DNA of 64,000 bases, from NCBI GenBank assembly GCA_048270225.1, contig JBLWTG010000004.1, positions 86,452 through 150,451 of the forward strand, written 5' to 3'. Positions within the stretch are counted from its first letter, which is position 1; every line of letters starts with the position of its first letter. Below, one piece after another: positions 1-7,764 of this stretch. The notes under the pieces are model-generated. The model did no database searches. It had not been told where the DNA came from and saw only the letters and a program-made list of their open reading frames with translations. The DNA comes from Pusillimonas sp. GTDB taxonomy: Bacteria > Pseudomonadota > Gammaproteobacteria > Burkholderiales > Burkholderiaceae_B. Both the position numbers and the translations under genes were made by a program.

Positions 1-87
1 TTCTTTCTGGACGACCGCGCTGGCTTTACGACCGGGCAGACGCTGTACGTTTGCGGCGGCATGACCGTGGGATTGAGTTCAGTGTGA
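1..87 (+). CDS. C-terminal fragment of an SDR family oxidoreductase (truncated by window edge)
   Basis: Frame 1 reads FFLDDRAGFTTGQTLYVCGGMTVGLSSV*. TGQ-x-L-x-V-x-GG is the typical SDR C-terminal motif. Confidence 0.7.
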   Translation, partial: FFLDDRAGFTTGQTLYVCGGMTVGLSSV

Positions 88-123
88 CTATTGAGCCGGC
101 ATATTGAGCCAGGGAGATGACCA

Positions 124-1491
124 ATGAGTTTGTACCGAAAACTGATGCAGCGCGCGGCCGAGGGCCGTCCCATACGCGTAGGCCTGATCGGCGCAGGAAA
201 ATTCGGCGCCATGTATCTGGCCCAGGTGCCGCAGACCCCGGGCGTGCATCTTGCGGCGATAGCCGATCTGTCGCCGGACAATGCCCGCGCCAGTCTGGCC
301 CGCGTGGGCTGGAAGGATGAACGGACGCGGGCGGCGTCGATGCGGCAGGCCCTGGAGCAGGGCAGCACCTGGGTGACCGACGACTGGCAGGCCCTGCTGC
401 GCGAGGAAGCAATCGATATCATCGTCGAATGCACCGGCAATCCCGTGGCCGCAGTCAGCCATGTGCTGGCCGCCATTGAACACGGCAAGCATGTCGTCAA
501 CGTGACCGTTGAGGCCGACGCATTCTGCGGACCGCTCCTGGCCCGTCGCGCAGCCCAGGCTGGCGTCGTCTACTCGCTGGCATTTGGTGATCAGCCCGCC
601 CTGATCTGCGACCTGGTCGACTGGGCGCGCACCTGCGGCTTTCCCGTGGTTGCCGCTGGCCGGGGCCATAAATGGCTGCCGCATTTTTCCGAATCGACGC
701 CCGAAACCGTGTGGGGCCACTATGGCCTGACCCCCGAGCAGGCGCGGCGCGGCGGCCTGAATCCGAAGATGTTCAATAGTTTTCTGGACGGATCCAAACC
801 CTCGATCGAGAGCGCGGCCGTTGCCAACGCAACCGGCCTGGGCGTACCCTCCGACGGCCTGCGTTATCCTCCGGCCAGTGTCAAGGACATCCCGTTCGTG
901 ACGCGACCGGTGAGCGAGGGAGGCGTGCTGGAGCGCAAAGGCATGGTGGAAGTCGTCTCCTCGCTGGAAACGGACGGCCGCCTGATCGATTACGACATCC
1001 GCATGGGTGTGTGGGTGACCGTGGAAGGAGAAACGGAGTACATCCGCAACTGCTTCGAAGAGTACAACGCGCATACCGATCCCACCGGACGCTACTTCAC
1101 CTTATACAAGCGCTGGCACCTGATTGGGCTCGAAGTGGGCATGTCTGTCGCCAGCGTGGCGCTGCGCGGCGAGGCCACAGGGGTCGCCACCTGCTGGCAG
1201 GCCGATGTCGTGGCAACCGCCAAGCGCGATCTGCAGCCCGGTGAATTGCTGGACGGCGAGGGTGGCTACACCGTCTGGGGCAAGCTCCTGCCCGCCGAGC
1301 GTTCGCTCGCGCTGGGCGGGCTGCCATTGGGTCTGGCGCATAACGTCAAGCTGCGGCGTCCGGTGAAAACAGGACAATGCCTGAGTTGGGACGACGTGGA
1401 CATGGATGTTTCGACGCCGGCCTATGCGCTGCGCAGGGAAATGGAGGCGGTATTCGGCGCCGCGCCGACCCCGGCGCTGGTTGAGTCATAG
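124..1491 (+). CDS. NAD(P)-dependent oxidoreductase, homoserine-dehydrogenase-like with C-terminal SAF domain
   Basis: Rossmann motif VGLIGAGKFG; C-terminal SAF-like VVATAKRDLQPGELLDGEGGY; RBS-like GGGAG upstream. Confidence 0.8.
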   Translation: MSLYRKLMQRAAEGRPIRVGLIGAGKFGAMYLAQVPQTPGVHLAAIADLSPDNARASLARVGWKDERTRAASMRQALEQGSTWVTDDWQALLREEAIDIIVECTGNPVAAVSHVLAAIEHGKHVVNVTVEADAFCGPLLARRAAQAGVVYSLAFGDQPALICDLVDWARTCGFPVVAAGRGHKWLPHFSESTPETVWGHYGLTPEQARRGGLNPKMFNSFLDGSKPSIESAAVANATGLGVPSDGLRYPPASVKDIPFVTRPVSEGGVLERKGMVEVVSSLETDGRLIDYDIRMGVWVTVEGETEYIRNCFEEYNAHTDPTGRYFTLYKRWHLIGLEVGMSVASVALRGEATGVATCWQADVVATAKRDLQPGELLDGEGGYTVWGKLLPAERSLALGGLPLGLAHNVKLRRPVKTGQCLSWDDVDMDVSTPAYALRREMEAVFGAAPTPALVES

Positions 1492-1568
1492 CGTGGCGGC
1501 CGGCGGCCTGACATGGCGGGCCCTGGGCCCGCCAGCGTGTAAAATCACTGCTTTTTGAGCCTGAAGGT

Positions 1569-2321
1569 ATGGTGCAAGAACTGCCCCGGCACACAGGCGT
1601 GCGCGGGCCGGCGCTGGTTCGCCTGCTTGCCCGCCTGACAGATGCCGACGTGCCCGAGCCCAGGCAATTGCTCTCGGATCGACTGAGCCAATGGCTGGGT
1701 TGGGCCGACGCGATCGCACTGTCCGGCGCCCTGAACGGCGCGCCGCCTGCGATGCCCGCAAGTCTGCGGACGTCTGGCGACGATCCGCAGAAGGATTTCG
1801 CCCGCGTGCGCGCCATGCTTGAGAACGCCATCGCCGGCCATAATGCGCCCGTTGCCGCAAGACAGCGGGCACCGCGCAGGGCGGCGCTCAAGCCGGGCAC
1901 GCCTGCGGATGTCGAGTTCTCGACCTATCGCCGGCGCTATGTCTCGTTGCAGCAGACGATGGAGACCAGCATAAGCAATCTGCGTGGGCGCCTGCGCACA
2001 ATGCTGGCCGCCACGACGCCGGAAATGGCCAGGCTCGCCGTAGTGGATGCAGCGATGGAGCAAGCGCTGGGCGAACGCGAGCAATATCTGCTGGCTGGCG
2101 TACCGGCAATGCTGGAGGGGCATTTCCAGCGGCTGCGTCAGGCTGAGCAGGACGCGTTGGCCGAGGATCCGCCCTCCCAGCCCTTGTCCAGGCCAGGCGA
2201 CTGGCTGGAGACCTTTGCCAAGGACTTGCAAAGCGTCCTGCTCGCTGAACTGGATATTCGTTTACAACCTGTCGAAGGACTGCTGTCTGCCCTTCGTGCC
2301 TGCCAACCCAGGACTCTATGA
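1569..2321 (+). CDS. zorF: DUF3348-like protein (Zorya type III ZorF-like)
   Basis: Motifs RLSQWLGWADAIALS and LLAELDIRLQPVEGLL; first gene of a 4-gene overlapping operon (ATGA overlap with the next gene). Confidence 0.7.
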   Translation: MVQELPRHTGVRGPALVRLLARLTDADVPEPRQLLSDRLSQWLGWADAIALSGALNGAPPAMPASLRTSGDDPQKDFARVRAMLENAIAGHNAPVAARQRAPRRAALKPGTPADVEFSTYRRRYVSLQQTMETSISNLRGRLRTMLAATTPEMARLAVVDAAMEQALGEREQYLLAGVPAMLEGHFQRLRQAEQDALAEDPPSQPLSRPGDWLETFAKDLQSVLLAELDIRLQPVEGLLSALRACQPRTL

Positions 2322-4708
2322 CCCGATTTCTTCATTTTGTTGTGTTTGTCGCGGGACTGGCCGTTACATGCTGGATAGGCGCCCACTATGTGGCGTCCAA
2401 TCCCCTGGCGCTGTCGGTTACCACGCTGGTGGGTGTTGTTTACCTGGTAGGCGCGCTGGAGCTTTATCGCTACCAGCAGGCGACTTCATCGTTAGTCCAG
2501 GCGCTGGAAAGCCTGGATCAGCCCATGAGCAGCCTGGATGAGTGGCTGGCCCGCCTGCACCCCAGCCTGCGCAACGCCGTACGGTTGCGCATCGCGGGTG
2601 AACGTGTGGGCTTGCCTGGCCCTTCCCTGACTCCCTATCTGGTCGGCCTGCTGGTATTGCTGGGCATGCTGGGCACCTTTCTGGGCATGGTGGCTACCTT
2701 GCGTGGCACAGGGCTCGCGCTGGAGGGGGCGACTGACCTGCACGCCATCCAGGCATCCCTGGCTGCGCCAGTCAAGGGCTTGGGGTTTGCGTTCGGCACC
2801 TCGGTTGCCGGTGTTGCAACCTCGGCGATGCTGGGGCTTCTGTCCGCCTTGTGCCGCCGGGAGCGGGTGCGCGCGGCGCAGCAGCTGGACGCCAGGATCG
2901 CAACGGCGCTGCGCCCTTATTCGCTGGCCCATCAACGCGAAGAGCAGCTCAGGCTGTTGCAGCGGCAGGCCGATGCCATGCCTGCGGTGGTCGACCGGCT
3001 GCAGGAAATGATGACCGCCATGGAGCGGCACAGCCAGGCCCTGTCTGAACGTATGGAGCGGCAGAACCTGACCTTGAGCGAGCGCACGGCGCAGCAAAGT
3101 CAGGCGATCAATGAGCGCATGGAGCAGCAGGGCCGAGCGCTGAGCGAGAGCATGGAGCGATACAGTCAGGCCTTGAACGAGCGCATGCAGGCGCAAAGCC
3201 AGGCCTTGAGCGAACAGTTGCTGGCCAGCCAGAGCGCGTTTCATGACAAGACCGAGGCGGTGTACTCCAGTCTGGCTGATTCCGTGGGACAGTCGCTGCG
3301 GGAAGGCATCGCCGAAGGCGCCCGCACGGCAGGCGCGGCCATCCAGCCTGTGGTGGAAGACACCATGGCCAGTCTCGCACGCGAGGCGGCTGCGTTGCAC
3401 GATACCGTCGGGCAGGCAGTGAGGCAGCAGATGGACGGACTGTCCACGCATGTCGAGCATACCGTCACGACGATGGCAGGCGTATGGGACAAGGCACTGG
3501 CAGGGCATCAGGCGGCGAATGAGTCGCTCTCGAGGGAGTTGCGGGCTTCGCTCGACGGATGCTCCGAAACCTTTGCGCAGCGTTCGGCCCGTCTCGTCGA
3601 TGATGTGACGGTCCGCCTGGAGAGTACCGTGGATGCACTGTCGCAGGCTTGGGGCGAGGCGCTGGACAGGCAGGAGCGCAGCAGTGAAAAGCTCGCGGGC
3701 GAGAACCAACTGGCGCTTACTGCCACGGTGGCGGCCTTCGAGCAGCATGCCGCTTCGCTGGTGGGCGCCATGGATCAATCTCAGGAAGAACTGCGGGCTG
3801 CGCTGCTGGCTCAGGATGCCCAGCGTCTGACGACCTGGACTGAGTCGCTGGGGGCCATGGCGGTTGCCCTGCGCCAGGAGCTGGAGCAGGCGAACACGCA
3901 GGCCGCTGGCCAGCAGCAGGCCATCTGCGATGCCCTGGCGCACACTGCGGGCGCTATTTCGTCCGAGACGCAGGCGCACGCCAGCGCTACGATTGCAGAG
4001 ATCGAGCGGCTGGTGCAGGCCGCATCGGAAGCACCACGGGCGGCCGCTGACGTGGTCACCGAAGTACGTCAGAAGCTCTCCGACAGCATGGCGCGCGACA
4101 ACGCGATGCTCGAAGAGCGCAGCCGTTTGCTTGAAACGCTGGGGACCTTGCTCGATGCCGTGAACCGCGCCTCGACCCAGCAGCGTGAGGCAGTCGATGC
4201 ACTAGTCACAACCTCGGCGAACATGCTGGAGCGCGTTGGCGGGCAGTTCACCGATAGCGTTGAGGCTGTCAGCGGCAAACTGTCCGCGCAGGTCGACGTC
4301 GAAACGTCCAGGCTTGCCGAGCTGGTTGCGGCGGGAACCGGCAGGTTTGCCGATATGGTCGAGGCCGAAACCAGCAAGCTTGCGGGCAGCGTCGAAACAG
4401 AAACCAACCGGCTCAGCGGTATCGCCGCACAGGTTACCGGCAGCGCTGTGGAGGTGGCTAGCCTGGGCGAGGCGTTCGGGATGGCAGTGCAGCTGTTCAG
4501 TGAGTCGAATGCGGCGCTGGTGGAGCATTTGCAGCGGCTGGAGGCAACGCTTGATAAATCCATCGCACGCAGTGACGAGCAACTGGCTTATTACGTGGCC
4601 CAGGCGCGTGAAGTGGTCGATCTGAGCATGATGTCGCAAAAGCAGATCATGGAAGAGCTGCAGCAATTGGCCTTGCAGCGGGCCTCCGTGGACACCGACG
4701 CGACATGA
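2318..4708 (+). CDS. zorA: DUF802-containing MotA/ExbB-like membrane protein with long coiled-coil tail (ZorA-like)
   Basis: N-terminal TM helices; GLLVLLGMLGTFLG and GLGFAFGTSVAGV stator-like segments; >550-aa helical tail; directly followed by a MotB/OmpA gene. Confidence 0.75.
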   Translation: MTRFLHFVVFVAGLAVTCWIGAHYVASNPLALSVTTLVGVVYLVGALELYRYQQATSSLVQALESLDQPMSSLDEWLARLHPSLRNAVRLRIAGERVGLPGPSLTPYLVGLLVLLGMLGTFLGMVATLRGTGLALEGATDLHAIQASLAAPVKGLGFAFGTSVAGVATSAMLGLLSALCRRERVRAAQQLDARIATALRPYSLAHQREEQLRLLQRQADAMPAVVDRLQEMMTAMERHSQALSERMERQNLTLSERTAQQSQAINERMEQQGRALSESMERYSQALNERMQAQSQALSEQLLASQSAFHDKTEAVYSSLADSVGQSLREGIAEGARTAGAAIQPVVEDTMASLAREAAALHDTVGQAVRQQMDGLSTHVEHTVTTMAGVWDKALAGHQAANESLSRELRASLDGCSETFAQRSARLVDDVTVRLESTVDALSQAWGEALDRQERSSEKLAGENQLALTATVAAFEQHAASLVGAMDQSQEELRAALLAQDAQRLTTWTESLGAMAVALRQELEQANTQAAGQQQAICDALAHTAGAISSETQAHASATIAEIERLVQAASEAPRAAADVVTEVRQKLSDSMARDNAMLEERSRLLETLGTLLDAVNRASTQQREAVDALVTTSANMLERVGGQFTDSVEAVSGKLSAQVDVETSRLAELVAAGTGRFADMVEAETSKLAGSVETETNRLSGIAAQVTGSAVEVASLGEAFGMAVQLFSESNAALVEHLQRLEATLDKSIARSDEQLAYYVAQAREVVDLSMMSQKQIMEELQQLALQRASVDTDAT

Positions 4709-5352
4709 ACGAGGAGATAGATGCCGGCGTGGAGCCGACTGTTCCTGTCTGGGCGGTCTTCGGCGATTTGATGTCGGTGCTGCTGGGGGTCTTTGTGCTG
4801 ATCCTTGTTGGCGTCATTGGCGTGCAGATTGAGCTGTCGGCCAGGCTGAACGAGGAGGTCAAGCAGCGGCACGAGGAAACGCAGCGTCGCAAGACGCTTG
4901 AGCAGGCGCTTGCGCGGCCGCTGGCCGAGGGGCGCGTCACGCTGGTGGATGGGCGTATCGGGATCAGTGGCAGTGTATTGTTTGCACTGAATTCGGATCA
5001 GTTGCAGGCCGAGGGCCGTGAAGTTCTTAAAACCCTGGTCGAGCCGTTGGCTGAGTACCTGCAATCGCACGACGAGGTCTTGATGGTCAGCGGCTTTACC
5101 GACGATCAGCAGGTGAGGGAAACCAACCGCCGTTTCGCAGATAACTGGGAGCTGTCGGCTGAGCGCGCACTGACCGTTACACGCGCCCTGATCGACGAAG
5201 GTATTCCTGCATCTTCGGTGTTTGCCGCGGCGTTCGGCGCCGAACGGCCGGTGAGTTCGAATGCCGATGAGGCAGGACGCGCGAAGAATAGGCGTGTTGA
5301 GATTGCGCCTGTGCCTAAGCCTCATACAGACGTGATGATGCCGCGTGAGTAA
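4705..5352 (+). CDS. zorB: OmpA/MotB family peptidoglycan-binding protein (ZorB-like)
   Basis: Single TM with conserved Asp (WAVFGDLMSVLLGVFVLILV); OmpA-like GFTD...NWELSAERA...NRRVEI. Confidence 0.85.
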   Translation: MNEEIDAGVEPTVPVWAVFGDLMSVLLGVFVLILVGVIGVQIELSARLNEEVKQRHEETQRRKTLEQALARPLAEGRVTLVDGRIGISGSVLFALNSDQLQAEGREVLKTLVEPLAEYLQSHDEVLMVSGFTDDQQVRETNRRFADNWELSAERALTVTRALIDEGIPASSVFAAAFGAERPVSSNADEAGRAKNRRVEIAPVPKPHTDVMMPRE

Positions 5353-6196
5353 CGAAGGCGCACCTGATCTCGAGGCGATGATGCAGGCCTGGCGTGAGCG
5401 CGATGCTCATGGGACGGATGCCGTTCGGCGTTATTTCATCGAGGCACTGGCGCGACGTGCTGCTGGCCAGACGGGGCAGGCGAGGGCGCTGCTGGACAGG
5501 CGGTTGGCGCAGTTGTTGCGGCTTGACGAGCGGCGCGTAGTGCTGGAAGGCGGTGGCGCAGAGATACGCGGTGAGATGCGTCGTGACGCGCATGGTGAGG
5601 CGGGAAGCGGTCAGACGGGAGATGGCCAGACAGGCGATGGTCAGACAGGCGATGGTCAGACAGGCGATGATCAGACAGGCGATGATCAGACGGACGATGG
5701 TCAGGCGGGCGGTATTCAGCGTGGGGATGTGGACTGCGAGGTGCGAGAAGAGGCGCGAGGAGGGTTGCGTGGCGGGATGTCTGTTGCTGCGGCGCCTGCC
5801 TCCGATTCGCTTGCGGCCCTGCTCGACTATATTGAGCAGCGGCCTGCTGGCGATTTCTCTGGACTGGCTGATCAGGACCTGACCCGACTCCGCATTACTT
5901 ACCCTGAGCTTTCGGTGATCGAGTATTTCCGAAAAGCATGGTCCCGCTTCAATACCCATCGACAATTGCGTCAATCGCTGGAGCAGGTACCCAAGAACGC
6001 AGGCCCGCTAAACTCCAGCAGTCTTGTGCATCGCTCGCTTGCGTTGATGGGGGAACTGTCGCCCGGATATCTTCAGCATTTTCTGTCTCATCTGGATGCG
6101 TTGTCGTGGATGGAGCAGATGAAGGGCGGTGGCGCAGACATGGGCAAGGATGGTCAGCGGGCAGCGGGGGCCAGGAAGGGCGGGCGCAGTAAATAG
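5345..6196 (+). CDS. zorG: DUF2894-like protein (Zorya type III ZorG-like) with internal repeat linker
   Basis: Conserved C-terminal block PKNAGPLNSSSLVHRSLALMGELSPGYLQHFLSHLDALSWMEQ; GTG start overlapping zorB. Confidence 0.7.
   Translation: MSNEGAPDLEAMMQAWRERDAHGTDAVRRYFIEALARRAAGQTGQARALLDRRLAQLLRLDERRVVLEGGGAEIRGEMRRDAHGEAGSGQTGDGQTGDGQTGDGQTGDDQTGDDQTDDGQAGGIQRGDVDCEVREEARGGLRGGMSVAAAPASDSLAALLDYIEQRPAGDFSGLADQDLTRLRITYPELSVIEYFRKAWSRFNTHRQLRQSLEQVPKNAGPLNSSSLVHRSLALMGELSPGYLQHFLSHLDALSWMEQMKGGGADMGKDGQRAAGARKGGRSK
5609..5698 (+). repeat. 15-bp tandem repeat x6 (consensus GGTCAGACAGGCGAT), encoding (GQTGD)n
   Basis: Six adjacent units read directly, plus a partial seventh. Confidence 0.95.
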
Positions 6197-6273
6197 TTCA
6201 CGGACGAAGTCCGAGGCTATGGTTCGCTGCGTCGTCGGTTGCTGCCTCATTGGCCGCATATTATTCGTTGCGC

Positions 6274-6378
6274 GGGCATCAGCAGCGAGGGCATCAGCAG
6301 CGAGGGCATCAGCAGCGAGGGCGTCAGCAGCGAAGGCATTAGCAGCGAAGGCATTAGCAGCGAAGACATCCATAGCGA
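6274..6378. repeat. 15-bp tandem repeat x7 (consensus GGGCATCAGCAGCGA)
   Basis: Seven adjacent units with polar divergence (AGGCATTAGCAGCGA variants at the 3' end). Confidence 0.95.
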
Positions 6379-6498
6379 TGCCATGAGTTTCCGTGTCATC
6401 GATGGTGCGCGCGATTAATGCCATGTCTCATTCCGATTGTGATTGTTTGAACGCATAATAAACGGCGTAGTTACTGATTCGTCAGGCGTTTTGACCAA

Positions 6499-6522
6499 GA
6501 TTGTGCATCTCTATGCACAATC
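6499..6522. promoter_or_regulatory. Perfect 10-bp inverted repeat GATTGTGCAT-CTCT-ATGCACAATC, candidate operator
   Basis: Dyad read directly, ~215 bp upstream of the LysR start; function inferred. Confidence 0.4.
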
Positions 6523-6548
6523 GAATTTAGACCCCCATGTGTCTCTAT

Positions 6549-6716
6549 CCCTCTCGCCGTGTTTATTGCCTGTGGGCCTGCGGACACTGCCCCTGTTGCT
6601 ATGTTTATTCCTCGCCGATTCGTGGACGCTGACCCCATCGCTATGCATATTGCCTGCTGGTTCGTGGTCACTGATCCTGTCGCTATGGATATCGCCTGCG
6701 GATCGGCGGGCATTGA
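6549..6716. repeat. Degenerate 42-bp tandem repeat x4
   Basis: Units start at 6549, 6591, 6633 and 6675 with shared core (C)CCT/CAT-CGCT-ATG...ATT-GCCTG...CTGA; all translations show a 14-residue period. Confidence 0.8.
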
Positions 6717-6736
6717 TTTGTTTGCCGGAATGTTTG

Positions 6737-7708
6737 ATGCCCGTCGATCTGAATGACACCCTCGCGTTCCTGCATGTTGTATACGAAGGCAGCTTCACCG
6801 CAGCGGCCCGCGTCCTGCAGCAGCCCAAAACTACGCTGAGCAAACGCGTGCGTGCGCTGGAGGCGCGGTTGGGCATGAAACTGCTGCATCGGACCACACG
6901 CAGCCTGAGTCTGACAGAGGCGGGCGCCCTGTACTACGAGCATTGCAAAAATCTCATATCCGGCCTGCAGGACGCCGAGTCCGCTGTCAGCCAGCTGCAG
7001 AGCGGTCCTCGAGGATGGCTGCGCATCAGCACGTCCTATTCTTTGGGTTTCTGCCTGATCTCGACGATACTGGCTGGGTTCCGCGCGCAGTATCCTGAGA
7101 TATGCCTCGACATCCAGGCTTCTCGTTCACCTTTGAACCTTATTGAGCAGAAAAGGGATATTGCCTTGTATCTGGGAGCCTTGCCCGAATCCAATCTGGT
7201 GGTTGTCCAGCTCGGCGCCCTCCCGACAGGTTTGTATGCCAGCCCAGGCTATCTTGCGCGCCATGGCGAACCTATCCATCCAGATGAGCTAGTCGGGCAC
7301 CATATACTGGCGCTGTCTCAGGCGCGTACCGCCGCTGGCTATGCCTGGCCCTTGAGCCGCCTTGGTGGGCCGGCGCAGCATTTTCCCGTGGCGCCTGTCA
7401 TGGTGGTGAGCGACCTCGAACTCCTCCGGCAGGCGCTCTATGCCGACGAGGGTATTACGCTCGCCACACACGCCAGCATGGAGGCCGATACCTCCTCTGG
7501 TCGCTTAAAGGCTTTGCTTCCGGATTGGTCGGGGCCTGCGCAGGTTGTACATGCCCTGCTTCCGCAAAGCCGCGTCCTCGCTCCCAAAGTGCGAGTATTC
7601 GTGGACTATGCGCGGGCGCATCTCCGTTGGGAGCGGGCATCGCAACTTGAGGGCAGTTACGCTCTCCACACAATCCAAGACCCGGTGCTATGCCTTGGGC
7701 CTGGTTGA
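6737..7708 (+). CDS. LysR family transcriptional regulator (CrgA/DmlR-like)
   Basis: HTH motif DLNDTLAFLHVVYEGSFTAAARVL...LSKRVRALEARLGMKLLHRTTRSLSLTEAG. Start moved to ATG 6737; the ORF-track extension runs through the 42-bp repeat. Confidence 0.9.
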   Translation: MPVDLNDTLAFLHVVYEGSFTAAARVLQQPKTTLSKRVRALEARLGMKLLHRTTRSLSLTEAGALYYEHCKNLISGLQDAESAVSQLQSGPRGWLRISTSYSLGFCLISTILAGFRAQYPEICLDIQASRSPLNLIEQKRDIALYLGALPESNLVVVQLGALPTGLYASPGYLARHGEPIHPDELVGHHILALSQARTAAGYAWPLSRLGGPAQHFPVAPVMVVSDLELLRQALYADEGITLATHASMEADTSSGRLKALLPDWSGPAQVVHALLPQSRVLAPKVRVFVDYARAHLRWERASQLEGSYALHTIQDPVLCLGPG

Positions 7709-7764
7709 ACTCATCGGCAATACCCGTCTTGGCGTCCGCCTGATACTCGCTGCGTTGATCGTAT

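Noticed and set aside
6274-6716. Possible CRISPR array in the repeat-rich spacer
   Set aside because: Units are directly adjacent with no unique spacers, and there are no cas genes in the window.
6443-6736. 98-aa N-terminal extension of LysR in the ORF track
   Set aside because: It is the translation of the 42-bp repeat; the canonical HTH starts right after ATG 6737.
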